Positions 40,913 through 53,271 of a DNA stretch of 64,000 nucleotides are shown here, piece by piece (the stretch's first letter is position 1; every line of letters starts with the position of its first letter). The notes beneath the pieces were generated by a model, which did no database searches, had not been told where the DNA came from, and saw only the letters and a program-made list of their open reading frames with translations. The translations under genes and the position numbers were made by a program. Source of the DNA: Eledone cirrhosa (taxonomy: Eukaryota); the NCBI GenBank assembly GCA_964016885.1, contig OZ024741.1:100068001-100132000 (forward strand), read 5' to 3'.

Positions 40913-41004
40913 GAAATTTAAGTAAGTAAGTTAATTTTATAATTTTCTTATTTTACGTCTCTCATCTATATATATTTATATATATATATTAGAAGATCAT
41001 GATT

Positions 41005-41190
41005 TTTTTACAAAATGCAAAAAAAAAACGAGATGTCCTACACGAGTAAAAGTATAAGGAAAAAAGATGAAATCGAAAATGCAACTGGAGTCTTTTTAAG
41101 AATATTTATTTGGTTCCTTTACAGGTTTCGCAGTTCTTGTGATTTTCAAAAGTAGAATTGAGGTGGAGGGTTTGTGGTTTTTCTCATATT
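41005..41190 (-). mobile_element. Solo pLTR-end fragment of the 18.9-22 kb PLE family
   Basis: Reverse complement of about 21758-21955, including a decayed TTGAAAA...GAAACCTGTA hammerhead. Confidence 0.8.
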
Positions 41191-41316
41191 TATATACATA
41201 TATATATATTTAATTCTGTGTCTACAGATTAATTTTTCTCAGTTTCGGAAGAACATTTCTTTACTTAAACTTTAATCTGTAACAATAAACATTTGCTCTA
41301 CGGGTTTACATATAGT

Positions 41317-41425
<109 letters not shown>

Positions 41426-41573
41426 GTGTGTGTGTGTGTGTCTGTCTGTATATATATATATATATATATGTATATTAGAATGTACTAAAAAAGGAGAAAT
41501 TGAATATCTCCTTCCCACTCTGTTTGGGCGTGTGTATATAGTATTGGGGTCTAAGCTGTGCGCGTGCATTTTT

Positions 41574-41638
<65 letters not shown>

Positions 41639-42190
41639 ATGTGAATGTGTGTGTGTGATGTCCTTGATATTTGCTATAGCTCTTTTACAATTTTCTAATA
41701 CTTCGCTAAAGTTAAATGCACTCTAGATATACCAAATGAGAAGGACAGTCTAACTCTGCTCTATAATTGATTACGTTGTCAAACGAAAGCACGCCATGTA
41801 TATTTGACTTGCCATTTCAGTTCAGTTCAACTTTATGTGACATGAAATAGAAACAAAAGCATAAGGTTGAACAACAGCATAATGTTCATCTGTTGAACAG
41901 CCGAGTGGATGAGAAAGGCAGAAAAGAGCCATTTATTTAATTTTTTCTGTGAACAACGATATTTGCAAAGTTTTTAAACCTCTTCATTGTATTATATTTT
42001 AATACTGTAGTTATATCTACATCAAGTTTACATCTTCTTATAATATATATTATAATGTAATATCTCCACCTCTATATACATTCTAACAATATATCTATCT
42101 ATCTCACTCTTCCTCTATCACACACACGTTCTCTCTTTCTCTCTCTCACACACTCTCTCTCTCTCTCTCTCGCTCTCTCGCTCTCTCTCT

Positions 42191-42291
<101 letters not shown>

Positions 42292-42796
42292 ATGTGTGTC
42301 TGTGTGTATGTGTGTCTGCGTGTCGCTACACATTTTTTAATGTCTTTACAAAATGCCTCGCATTATATTCATTTTTTATTGACAGGAACATCTGCATGCC
42401 ATGTAATTATTTCTGCTGACATGCCATATAATAGCGGATAAATTAAGAAAAAATTCCGAAATATGAAACAACTAAGGGGCACACGCACGTAAATGCATGC
42501 ACACACATACGAGCACACGCTCATGTACATAGACACGAAAAACACCAATTACACATACAGTCATTAAACAGACACGCATACGAGCAAGCATTAAACATTG
42601 ACACGAAACACAGACTCAACGATTATCTAACAGAAAATATTACCATATTAGCTGAAATGTGTACAGTAATATATGACGCAATATTCATGTTAATATACGT
42701 TATATAGGATGTGCTATCATATAATAATTTTTCAAATATATACATGGGTGTGCGTGTTTGTGTGAGGTGTAAGTTTGGTGTGTGTGCATCATGTAT

Positions 42797-42839
<43 letters not shown>

Positions 42840-43032
42840 GTTGGATTATTCTATTACTTGTTAAACTGCGGCCTGGTTGGGGCACAGCCTGAAAGTGAAA
42901 TGAGTCAATAACATCGACCACAGTAATAAAACGATTTTCCATGTATTTATTTTATCGTTCTCCCCTTTTCAATAACTTAAATTACAGAACAAAAACAAAG
43001 CTGCAAATGAAAATAGATACTGCTTGACACAA

Positions 43033-43422
43033 CCATATATGTATATATATGTGGGGTCAGCAATAGTCAGTCCTTGTATTAACATTGAACTAAACCTGTT
43101 GAGAAAGTGGCTTCCTTGTTCAATCATCTTACCAGAAGCCTGACATTATTTATGTAGGTGGACGGTACTTGATTTAGGAGCCGCAGAAACCCATATACTG
43201 GATTTTACCAATCATCCAGGGTTCTGGGTAAATTTTCAATACCCGAATTACTTGATCGTTTTTTTTGGCTATGCGAATGATTGTTTAACCATCGTCTCAG
43301 TGTGTTTGGCCTTTAACGTTTGTTATAGCTTTAGTTCATCTGAATCATTGAGCACTTGCCGCACATCTCGGAGGTTGTTTTTCGTTATTTCGTGGGCCGA
43401 AATGCGAATCCCGATAATTTAT

Positions 43423-43469
<47 letters not shown>

Positions 43470-43498
43470 TACTTGACACACACATATATGTATGTATG

Positions 43499-43583
<85 letters not shown>

Positions 43584-44263
43584 ATATCCACGGTTAGTTG
43601 TGGGGTCTAGTCTGCATGAAGAACTCAATGTAATCCATATGTTGAAAATGTTGTAGGTTAAAATAAATCCCGGAAACCAATAAAACATCAAAAGGAAAAC
43701 AGTATCACGATATAAGTTAAAACAATGAAATAACAATTCAAGTCATTAGAAATATACTTCACTGCTTTACAATCGTTTCTAGGTGATAATAATACATCGT
43801 ACGCATATTTCGTTATCGATCTATGTAGGGTTAGTTACCAAATATCAAATAATCAAATAATCAAATAAGGAATATTAGGGTCAGTAATAGTCAGTCATTG
43901 CATTAACATTGAACTAAAACCTGTTGAAAAAGTGGCTTCCTTGTTCAATCATCTTACCAGAAGCCTAACACTATTTATGTAAGCGGACAGTATTTGATTT
44001 AGGAGCCGCAGAAACCCAAATGCTGGATTTTACCAACTTTCCAGGGGTCGGGGTAAATTTTCAATCACAGATATTTTTTATTTGTTTGACTCGAATTACT
44101 TGATCGTTTTTTTGGCTATGCGAATGATTGTTTAACCATGGTCTCAGTGTGTTTGGCCTTTAACGTTTGTTATAGCTCTGGTTCATCTGAATCATTGAGC
44201 ACTTGCCGCAGATCTCGGAGGTTGTTTTTCGTTATTTCGTGGGCCGAAATGCGATTCTCGATA

Positions 44264-44265
<2 letters not shown>
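43033..44265 (-). mobile_element. Duplicated PLE-like segment (43033-43420 matches 43878-44265) with a decayed hammerhead and tail at 43580-43870
   Basis: Direct repeat of about 385 bp, each copy abutting (TA)n; minus strand reads TTGATAT...TA GAAA CGATTG TA and GAGTTCTT near the terminus. Confidence 0.55.
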
Positions 44266-44329
<64 letters not shown>

Positions 44330-44379
44330 ATATATATTTATATGTATACTTGACACCCTCATATATCTATATATATGTA

Positions 44380-44607
44380 TACTGTAGTACAAATTTAGTA
44401 TAAATATCCAAGGGTTTAGAGCACTCAGTCTATAGGACGAGTTAAGTATAATTAGTTAAAACAGTGACATTACAGCTACTTAAGTTTTGTTGGCTTGTTT
44501 ACCCTTACTCATTCAGTCTGTCGAAAAGAAAACAATACGACAGTCTGAATGAGATGGGATAAACAACCCAACGAGAATTAAGTTCCTGTACATGTCACTG
44601 CTGTATA
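44380..44607 (-). mobile_element. Fold-back mini-element with GAGTGCTC motif
   Basis: GAGCACTC 44419-26 with GAGT 44439-42; imperfect arms 44461-44523 and 44538-44605. Confidence 0.75.
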
Positions 44608-44911
44608 CATATGTAAATGTATATATATGTGTGTGTGTGTGTGTGTGTATGTGTGTGTGTGTGCGTGTGTGGGTGTGTGTGTTTCCCTATATGTGTGTGT
44701 GTGTGAAAGTTATAAAATTTTAACGAACTGGGGTTACGTTTGCAACACACCTATCAATAAATAATGATAAAGTTGCGAAAGCTAGATATTTCATTTTATT
44801 ATGTAATAATATAAATTATGAATATCTAGTTTCGCATCTTTATCATATATACTCTTACGTCTCTCTCACTCTCTGTCTGCCTGTCTGTCTCTCTCTCCCC
44901 CTCTCTCTCAC

Positions 44912-45006
<95 letters not shown>

Positions 45007-45069
45007 TACGAGCTGAGGATCCGCTAAGGTGAAACAATTTTTCTCGGTGAACTAACTGTTGTGTAACCA

Positions 45070-45111
<42 letters not shown>

Positions 45112-45896
45112 AAACGCAGGAAGATTAACAGAGGACAAAACAACGACCGAAAACAAAGCAAAACGAAAATCAATGTTTTAAGGTGAACCTGAAAAGATTT
45201 TTTTTTTTTTAAATCAAAAACACAAACGGAAGATGTCACCAGGGTCATCGGCCGTTGAGGTGGAGTTTTGCCGTGGAGTAAATTTAACACATTTGCCACA
45301 GATTATTAATGATAGACTTGGGAAAATTAACAGAGAGGACAAGACAACCAACGATAATAAATCAAAACGAAAAACAATCTTTTAAGTGGAACCATAAAAA
45401 TAGTTTCTTAATAAAAAAAATACTAACGAAAGACACAGAACTGCATTGTCATCGGCCGTTTTCATGGACTTTGGCAGTTTAGACCTATACCAAAAGTACT
45501 GTTAGTCTGACGCAAGTCAAACGCTGTCCATTGGAATATGAGATGAAAGACAAACAATAATTTATAGCAATTAAGCTATAACAAGTAGATATTGAATTTA
45601 TGTGATATCAAGAAAAAGTGCGGTGTTTTTCTAGCAGGAAAGTCTAAGATATATATAGAACCATCTCAAGGCTCAGATTTGACCATGAAGCTTGACAAGA
45701 AGTTAACCCCTGGAGCGGTACGCTAATTAGGTTTGTTTATTTTAAATTACTTTACTGTGATCTTTCCCTGGGTCATTCCGAGTCTTGTTTGAAATGGTTC
45801 TATATTTGAATTCATAAGTTTCTCCGAATTATATTCGAAGCGATGTTTTATTCATTGAAATGTAATGTATAATACTAAGTTAACTTTAAATATGTA

Positions 45897-46749
45897 TATA
45901 TTCAGTGAACATATCGCCAATTGTGCACCCAACCAACATCCAAACTTTAAAATTGTCCCCATTTACAAATTCATAGACAACGCTACTTTCATCCATCGTA
46001 CCAATAAGGAAACGTATTTCATTTATAAATTCCAACCTCCACTTAATGCACTAAACATCGGACTAAACTAACACTGGAACGAACAATGAACCAAATACAA
46101 ATAATTATGTCTCTCTAAAGAGTTACCTTCCTAACACCCTACCTAATCCTTTTTCTTAAGTAAATTAAATACCATACATCATTTCTCTCCCACCCTGAAA
46201 TACCCCCCACCCCCCTGGATATTATCTCTCTAAAAAGAGAAATCATATCAAACCCTAGACTACCATTTGCCTCCGTTATTGATCAACTAAGCCCTCTTGC
46301 TATATTAAGACATTTTGGTCTGCTTATCTTCAAGAACTATGCCTGCAAATTATATTATTTTTTCTTTCACATTGCCTTAATATGTTCCACATTACGCCCC
46401 TTTTTTTTCTTTTTTCTTTTCACTTCATAAACCTTGTTTGTAAATAACATTATTCTTTCTGCACTATTTCCTTAACATGTTCAACACCACCATTTTACAC
46501 CACTACATATTATTATCATTTGATAATGCATAAACATGCTGAAACCGGTAATAGACAATTATTAAATATATAAATAAATAAATAAATGCTATTGTTAATT
46601 AATAAATAAATTAACTAATACCTTAACACTTCACACAAAGTAAAATATTTCGTTTTAATCATTTTCTAACCCAGAAAAAAGAGAGAGAAAAATAAAAAGG
46701 AATAAAAAAATATTTTTCTTCCTAATAATCGTCTTTTTCTCCCTGTCTT

Positions 46750-46750
<1 letters not shown>
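45897..46750 (+). mobile_element. PLE 3' end + pLTR (same family as 62.1-63.5 kb)
   Basis: FSEHIANCAPNQHPNFKIVPIYKF...KFQPPLN; colinear with about 62680-63498; ends at (TA)n. Confidence 0.85.
46513..46554 (+). ncRNA. Minimal type I hammerhead ribozyme, U3-A8 core variant
   Basis: TTGATAA 46520-26, stem II GCAT/ATGC, GAAA CCGG TA, then ATAG. Confidence 0.55.
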
Positions 46751-46780
<30 letters not shown>

Positions 46781-46861
46781 CATATTTAATCCCTTTTTAA
46801 ACATTTCTTAAACACCTCAACATCACCCCTAATCAACTATCTTGCTGTTACCAACCACTAT

Positions 46862-46911
<50 letters not shown>

Positions 46912-47354
46912 GCTTTACTTCCTTTAAATCTTCATCAACACTCCTTCACTCCCACACTCATTATCACCCCGCCTCCAACACACACACACACACACACACA
47001 CACACATTTATCTCTCTTATATAAAGAGTCACACATCATAACACAACCTGATCTCTGTTTGATAATCGCTACCTATAAATACGAGTAAGATCTCCAGGAA
47101 AGTTAACCAGGAAGCTTTAAAAGTCTCCCCACCGAAGATAACAAAGAACTTACTAGAACCAAATTGTAAAATCCTGATATTATAAAATTAAATCAAATTG
47201 TTTATAACTACAAGTAAAGTCATTCTTTTCATTTTTTAATATATATAGGAAGTGTAGTAAGGTACCAGGAGGACCATAACGCACCAGAGTACTCGATACT
47301 TTGGGTAGTAGAGTGGGTAATATGACTATTTTCCTAAATATATATGTATATATA

Positions 47355-47707
47355 GGTATTAATGTGGAAAGTAATTGCGCCCGTATGTGGTATGCCGATA
47401 TGAGCACTCGATGTTCTTAGAGAGCAGAGTATCAATAATAATAATATAAAGGGAATAAAGCATCAGTGTTGCATCATATACAAATTTAGTTACATATTAC
47501 ATGTTTCACTGTCAATCAGCTCGAGGAACGATCGATTAATTATCGAACCTGACCCTGGAATCGGACGTTCCTCAGTTATATTGATAACATGTAGACTCGC
47601 GTCGTCAGGTTCGATCATTACTCGATCGTTCCTCGAGTTGATCGACACTGAAACATATGTAATATGTAATTAAATTGATTCTTTGTTCCCTTTATATTAT
47701 ATTATAT
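47355..47707 (-). mobile_element. Fold-back mini-element (about 100-120 bp arms) with GAGTGCTC motif
   Basis: GAGCACTC 47402-09 with GAGT 47427-30; arms 47435-47553 and 47604-47706; tail related to 63938-63975. Confidence 0.8.
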
Positions 47708-47752
47708 AGTTATATATATTTTTTCAAACGTTCAACAGATTGGCAGAGGTAT

Positions 47753-47795
47753 ACAATCCTGATGAAGGGTAATGGCCCAGAAACATGTTGATTGT
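47753..47795 (+). ncRNA. Minimal type I hammerhead ribozyme
   Basis: Stem I ACAATC/GATTGT; CTGATGA 47759-65; stem II GGGT/GCCC; GAAA 47780-83; palindromic ACATGT; cleavage triplet GTT. Confidence 0.85.
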
Positions 47796-48149
47796 TCCTC
47801 AATGCCAGTGTTGAACAAACGGACGACAATTTGTCATCGGCACGGCACACCTTCAATCGGGTCATTTGTTTACAAACGAATCGAATATTAATATTAATAT
47901 TCGCGATAACCCATACGTACATATATATATATGTGTGTGGGGGAAGGGGCTGTAATTATGCATAATTATTATGTATTAGATGTGCTACGACGAGAAATTA
48001 AGATTCAAATTAATATGGGGGTGTCACCGGTGATTTGAGAAAACAACACCAAATACCAGCCCGGGGCATATCACTTTTAGACCAGAATGCCGGATTCACT
48101 GATGAGTGAGAGTTTGATCTTAATTAGGTTCTTTGCAACGGAGAACATA

Positions 48150-49740
48150 ATCTCCATATAGTGGATTTTGCTCCTATTTAGCGCACATCATCAATTGACC
48201 TTCATATCTTGTGTCTTTAATAGGAGAATCGCTAGCATTTTCCAAATGTATCCCCAATTCTACTCCAAATTTCCTATTTTTCCTTCTCATTGAATGTAAT
48301 AACCGCTTCTTTCTTTCGTGATTTGCAAACATTTTTCATCATCCAGTCATCTGTAGTTTTAAGTTAATTTTTCTTTTTCAATCGTTGATACTATGCAAGC
48401 TCATTTGTTGCAAATATATTATTTTGTGACTTGAACGCAGTTTTCAAGACATCATGTACTCTTCTTTAGAAATTCCTTCCTGATTCTGTTTTTATGCGGG
48501 CGTGGTGAATACCTTGCCATTCATTGATCCCTCGATGTCTGCTTGTTGGTTCCTGTTCTAGATCTTTAATTTCCATTGAGTTAGTGTTTTTCATTCTGCC
48601 TTTCTCGAATGTTGCTTTGGCACATTTTTTGAATCCAAACTCCATCATAACTTCATCGCTGAGCACCTTAATTCTGCTCGACAATCCTTCCAATCCGCTG
48701 TCAATTTTGGCATACAGTTCCACGTCATTCATTTAAAACAGATAATTTATGTTTTTGCTGTCTATTTTGTAGCCGGAATTTGCTTATTTAGCGCTAGAGA
48801 CAGCGATGTAAATGCAATGCAAAATATCAGAAAAAAGAACGAATCACTTTGAAAAATACCACAAATAATACTTATGCTGCTAGAATCTATAGTTCCATTA
48901 CTGTGTGGCAGTGATAGCTTTGTATTCCATACAGTCATGTTATATTTCAGGAAATTTGATATTACTGGAGATATTTTCAGAGCATACAAATTTTCAGAAT
49001 CCATGCGTGGGTACTACTATCAAATGTTTCTTTATAATCAATCCCAGCAATACTCAAATTTCTCTGTTTGTTATGACAGTTTTCCAGAATCATACAGTTA
49101 ATGAGAATTTGGTGTTTGCAACAATAAGCCCCACAGCGACAACTTACCTAATCAATAGGAAAAATAGAATTTTCATCCATAAATTTGTAGGTTGTCACAG
49201 TTATGATTGAGAGGAGAATAATGTATTGTGTGGGCAGGCAAGCGATATGACAATATTTTTTTGGAATATTTGTCCGTCAATTTTGGCAAGGTATATGTTA
49301 CATCTTGTGTAACCAATCAGAAGTTTTCTCAGGATTGTGCATAATTTCGTAATAATATCTTATCAACATATCATAGGTCGACGTTAGAGAATAGAAGCAG
49401 AAGTTTGGCACTTTATCAATGCCAGATGATTTCCATTTGTTGACTTTCTATATTTCTTACTCCAGTTCTTCCATAGTTATATATTAACAAGCCTACCTTT
49501 TGAAATTATGGTATATATCTTCCATGTTCTTTATCTATTCTGCATTCACATTATAAATTTTTTCTCTACGCTACAATGTTTTGCAAAATGCTTCAATTAC
49601 ATGAATTGAAGATTCCATTACTTGAATTTTCTGTATCTCAGTTATGCTGTAAAACTTCTTTTGCATCTGACTTTAACAGCTTATTTTGCTCGTAAAAATA
49701 GTTCAATTTTGAAACTTTCTGATTATTTGAACTTTCGACT
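48150..49740 (-). mobile_element. Decayed R4/Dong-like LINE RT region
   Basis: ICGIFQSDSF..LIFCIAF.SLS (48762..49004), MNDVELYAK...MEFGFKKCAK (48466..48732), WKSSGIDKV near 49410-49440. Confidence 0.75.
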
Positions 49741-51338
49741 GCACTTTAGTGTCAATAAATTAAATATTAGTCGAGTACTGTCGCCGAAGTAATTAACTTC
49801 TCACTCCAACCCCAAATTGCTGGTTTTGTGCTAAAATTAAAAATGATATTTATGAATTGTATATGTGTATGTTTGGGTCTCTGCGGAGATGGGTTAATTT
49901 AGTACAAATCAACGATGACGACAGTGACAACGATGATAAGGACGACAACGACGACGAAGAAGAAGAAGAAGAAGAAGAAGAAGAAGAAGAAGACATTAAA
50001 GGGAAGTAGCTTGTGCTATTGTTGCGCTTAGTGATAAGGAAGATAATGTAGATGAAGATAAGACTGGTGAAATATACCACAGTTGCTGAATGATGATGAT
50101 GGTGATGATGATGAAGATGGTTGTGATGATGATGATGATAACAATTTAAGATAAGCACATGTAGGAAGGACACAAATCAAAAGAAAAAACAACTTTTTCT
50201 ATAATGGCAACCGAGACAAAAAATAAGCAACAACGCAGTAACAACAATAAAAAGAAAAATGTTGATGACATGAAAAGAAATAAAACAAATTAAATAGTTG
50301 ATATATTTGAAATGAAAAATAAATAATACCCAACTGCATCTTGCCTGCAAGCTATCATCTGAAAGCCCTACCGATATATTGCAAATAGAAAACGCACCGC
50401 CGCTTTTCTCTTATCTTTTGCCATTGTTTTATGACAACCCCCTTACCTTTATATATACAGAATAACCCGTACTTTCTTCGGATCTATTTATTTGCATATA
50501 CATGTCTTTGTGTATTTATAAAGGGTTTGTCTTTAAGAATTCCTATTTTTCTGTATACATGTGTTTGACGATAAAATAATGTGATAAGGGATGCATACGA
50601 GCGAGCGCACATATATGTACGAATATGTATATATATATATATATATATATGTATATTCGTATATATATCCGTATATATATATATGCATATATACATATGT
50701 ATTTCTCTATGTGTGTATATATATATATGCACATAAATAGATACGTAAACAAATAGATATATACTTTCATACAGACGTGTGGGCGCTCGCGATAAACACA
50801 TGTTGAGAGAAAACCTACCATATTCTCTTCCCCCGGGCGAAATAGTTGTGGCATTAAACAACACTAGATACGTCGGAGTAACTCACATTAACAATGTGAG
50901 CTTCTGTGTTAACGTAAACAACTGAATTGTCATGGCCCACAGCATATCTTCCTAAATCCTTATGGAGGAATTTTTCTCGAGATTAATATTATGGAGTTGC
51001 ACAAGTACTATCCATTTGTCAATATATCGATAAAATCAAAGGTTATTTTCGCTTTGAAATGATCGGAAAACAATGGTTCAAATAATAAACCTTTCTTATT
51101 CATATTCATCGTTCAACCTTATGAATATATTAAGTCTAATCGGTTCGTTGTAACTTATTCTATTCTATTTTTCCTCGATTACTCACTTGCCTGTTCCATT
51201 GTCCTTTCACCTCCACCATTCGTTTTTTTGTCTTTGTTCCTCTCTCCTCAATACTTTTCCTTTTTTTTTCTTTCCCTCACGGCATTTTGATCGATTTTGC
51301 CTTGGACGTGCCGCTGATCGCTTTTGATGTCCTGTTTT

Positions 51339-51386
51339 AAGCGCCGAAACATCTAAGTTCTGCCGTTCACAGCTGATGAAGCGTTT
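51339..51386 (+). ncRNA. Candidate type II hammerhead ribozyme inside a pLTR-like fragment (about 51205-51467) ending at (TA)n
   Basis: AAGCGC-C-GAAAC-ATCTAA-GTT-CTG(CCGTTCA)CAG-CTGATGA-A-GCGTTT. Confidence 0.6.
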
Positions 51387-51461
51387 TTTCTCTTGTTTCG
51401 TCCATATTACCATCTTAAGCCCTTGTTTACAGTAACCACACAGCTCGCTTCGTTTCTTGTA

Positions 51462-51507
<46 letters not shown>

Positions 51508-51568
51508 AGGAAATAGAGGGGGAGAGACAGAGGATGAGAGAAAGTGAGAGGGAGAGAGAGGTGTGAGT

Positions 51569-51612
<44 letters not shown>

Positions 51613-51746
51613 GAGAGTGAGTGAGAGACAGAGATTGGGAGTTACTAGTTTAGAGTAGTAAGACCATGTTCAACTTCGTACATACACTTCTAAACGACGT
51701 TAGCTAAGCCATCGGCCAGTAACTGTTTACAATATATATACGTATG

Positions 51747-51912
51747 TATATAACGTTAGTTCAACAACAAATTACCAAACCATACTCTAGGACCCAACGG
51801 ATACTTGGGTGAAGAGTGCGCCTACGAGTTTGATTTGCTAATCTCTTGTGGAACAAACTTTATACCGACTTCGTCCTATGAACTGAGTGCTCTACTTACT
51901 GCGGATATAACC
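51747..51912 (+). mobile_element. Decayed fold-back mini-element with GAGTGCTC motif
   Basis: Outer arms 51749-51767 and 51846-51864, inner acccaa/ttgggt; ACTTCGTCCTATGAACTGAGTGCTC at 51868-92 resembles the 44.4 kb and 30.65 kb motifs. Confidence 0.65.
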
Positions 51913-52199
51913 TCGAGCTGGCCAGCCGCAGGTGTGAGCCCCGCGAGTTGGAGTGGCTTTTCCAGCGCGTCTCCCTTGCCGTCCCCCGGGGAAGCACCTT
52001 CTCCATTCTGTCCGCCGGGGCTGTGGGGAGACAAGCCGGTTATATTACGAATTCTGTTGAATAGTCCTATATATTGTGTAGTCACCTAATTTTATATAGT
52101 TGTTATAGTTGTTGTCAGAGTGACATATATATACTATATTGTGTATGTGCCTCCCATTTCTATTTTATTCAATGTATTGAAACAATCACCTATATAGAT

Positions 52200-52395
52200 G
52201 ACCGCGTTCGACTGGAAACTGGAATGTCTCTAAACGCCACAGCACTCAGCCAATCGGTCAGTGTGATAGGTGGAGAGTCCAACGTAGCTGTATAGAAATG
52301 TTTGGTGGCGGGTAAAAACGACGACGTTCTTGGGGAGACTGTAGTGATCAATGAAAATCAACTAGCCACTCTTTTTAAGAGAACTTTCAGTCTCA
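52200..52395 (+). mobile_element. Internal Tx1 ORF2 fragment
   Basis: Colinear with copy A about 955-1140 (tggaaactggaatgtct ... aacgacgacgttcttggggagact ... gaaaatcaactagcc). Confidence 0.8.
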
Positions 52396-52399
52396 GCCC

Positions 52400-53132
52400 C
52401 TCCCCCACAATTGCTGGCCTTGTGCCTATATATGAAACCATTAGCAGTATCGGTAGAGGGTCGGACTCCATGCTTTGAAGCATAGAGTTCCGGCTCGTTA
52501 TGATCTGAGCTCAAATCCCGCCGAGGTTAACTTTGCCTTTCATCCTTATGGGGTCGATAAAATAAAGTACCAGTCACGCACTGGAGTCGATTTAATCGAC
52601 TTTCCTCTCCCCCCAAATTACTGGCCTTGTGCCTATATAAGGAACCATTATTATTAATAATAGCGGTGGAAGGCGGTGGATTGGCAGTATCGGTAGAGGG
52701 TCGGACGCCATGCTTTCCAGCATAGTTACGTCTCTTTACGATCTCAGTTCAAATCCCGCCGAGGTTGACTTTGCCTTTCATCCTTACGGGGTCGATAAAA
52801 TAAAGTACCAGTAATGCACTGGGTAATTGCTGGCCTTGTGCCTAACGTAGAAACAATTATTAATAATGGGTGGTGGATTGGCAGTATCGGTAGAGAGTCG
52901 GATGCCATGCTTTGCGGCATAGAGTTACGACCCTTTGTGGTCTGAGTTCAAATCCCGCCGAGGTTAACTTTGCCTTTCATCCTTACGGGGTCGATAAAAT
53001 AAAGTACCAGTAATACACTGGGAAAATTGCTGGCCTTCTGCCTAAAGTAGAAACAATTATTATTAATAATGATAATAATTGTTTCTACTTTAGGCACAAG
53101 GTCAGCAAATACCCAGTGCATTACTGGTACTT
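52400..53132 (+). mobile_element. Tandem array of tRNA-derived SINEs (about 3.5 copies) plus an inverted 3' fragment
   Basis: Units start near 52440, 52672 and 52868; the inverted fragment 53075-53132 forms a tail-to-tail palindrome. Confidence 0.9.
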
Positions 53133-53199
53133 TAAAAATATTGTTGTTTACGTAGTTGTTTTCATGATTACTGGATCTTCAGTTGTCATTTTAAAAGAG

Positions 53200-53271
<72 letters not shown>

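Larger units (their letters stand above)
40246..40966 (+). mobile_element. Retrozyme-like partial tandem (517-nt unit) carrying two hammerhead ribozymes
   Basis: 40246-40443 is repeated at 40763-40964; no meaningful ORF; flanked by (CA)n and (TA)n. Confidence 0.8.

Noticed and set aside
41545-41560. GGGGTCTAAGC resembling a twister ribozyme loop
   Set aside because: The required P1/P2/P4 stems and pseudoknot partners are absent.
45110-45470. Diverged tandem of about 200 bp with CCGATGA on the minus strand
   Set aside because: U4 is altered, GAAAC is present in only one unit and the stems are unconvincing; probably decayed repeat sequence.
51876-52085. Apparent minus-strand exon with AG and GTAAG boundaries (MTTQYIGL...)
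   Set aside because: It overlaps a repeat also present at 9536-9610 and the tail of a fold-back element; no recognisable domain.
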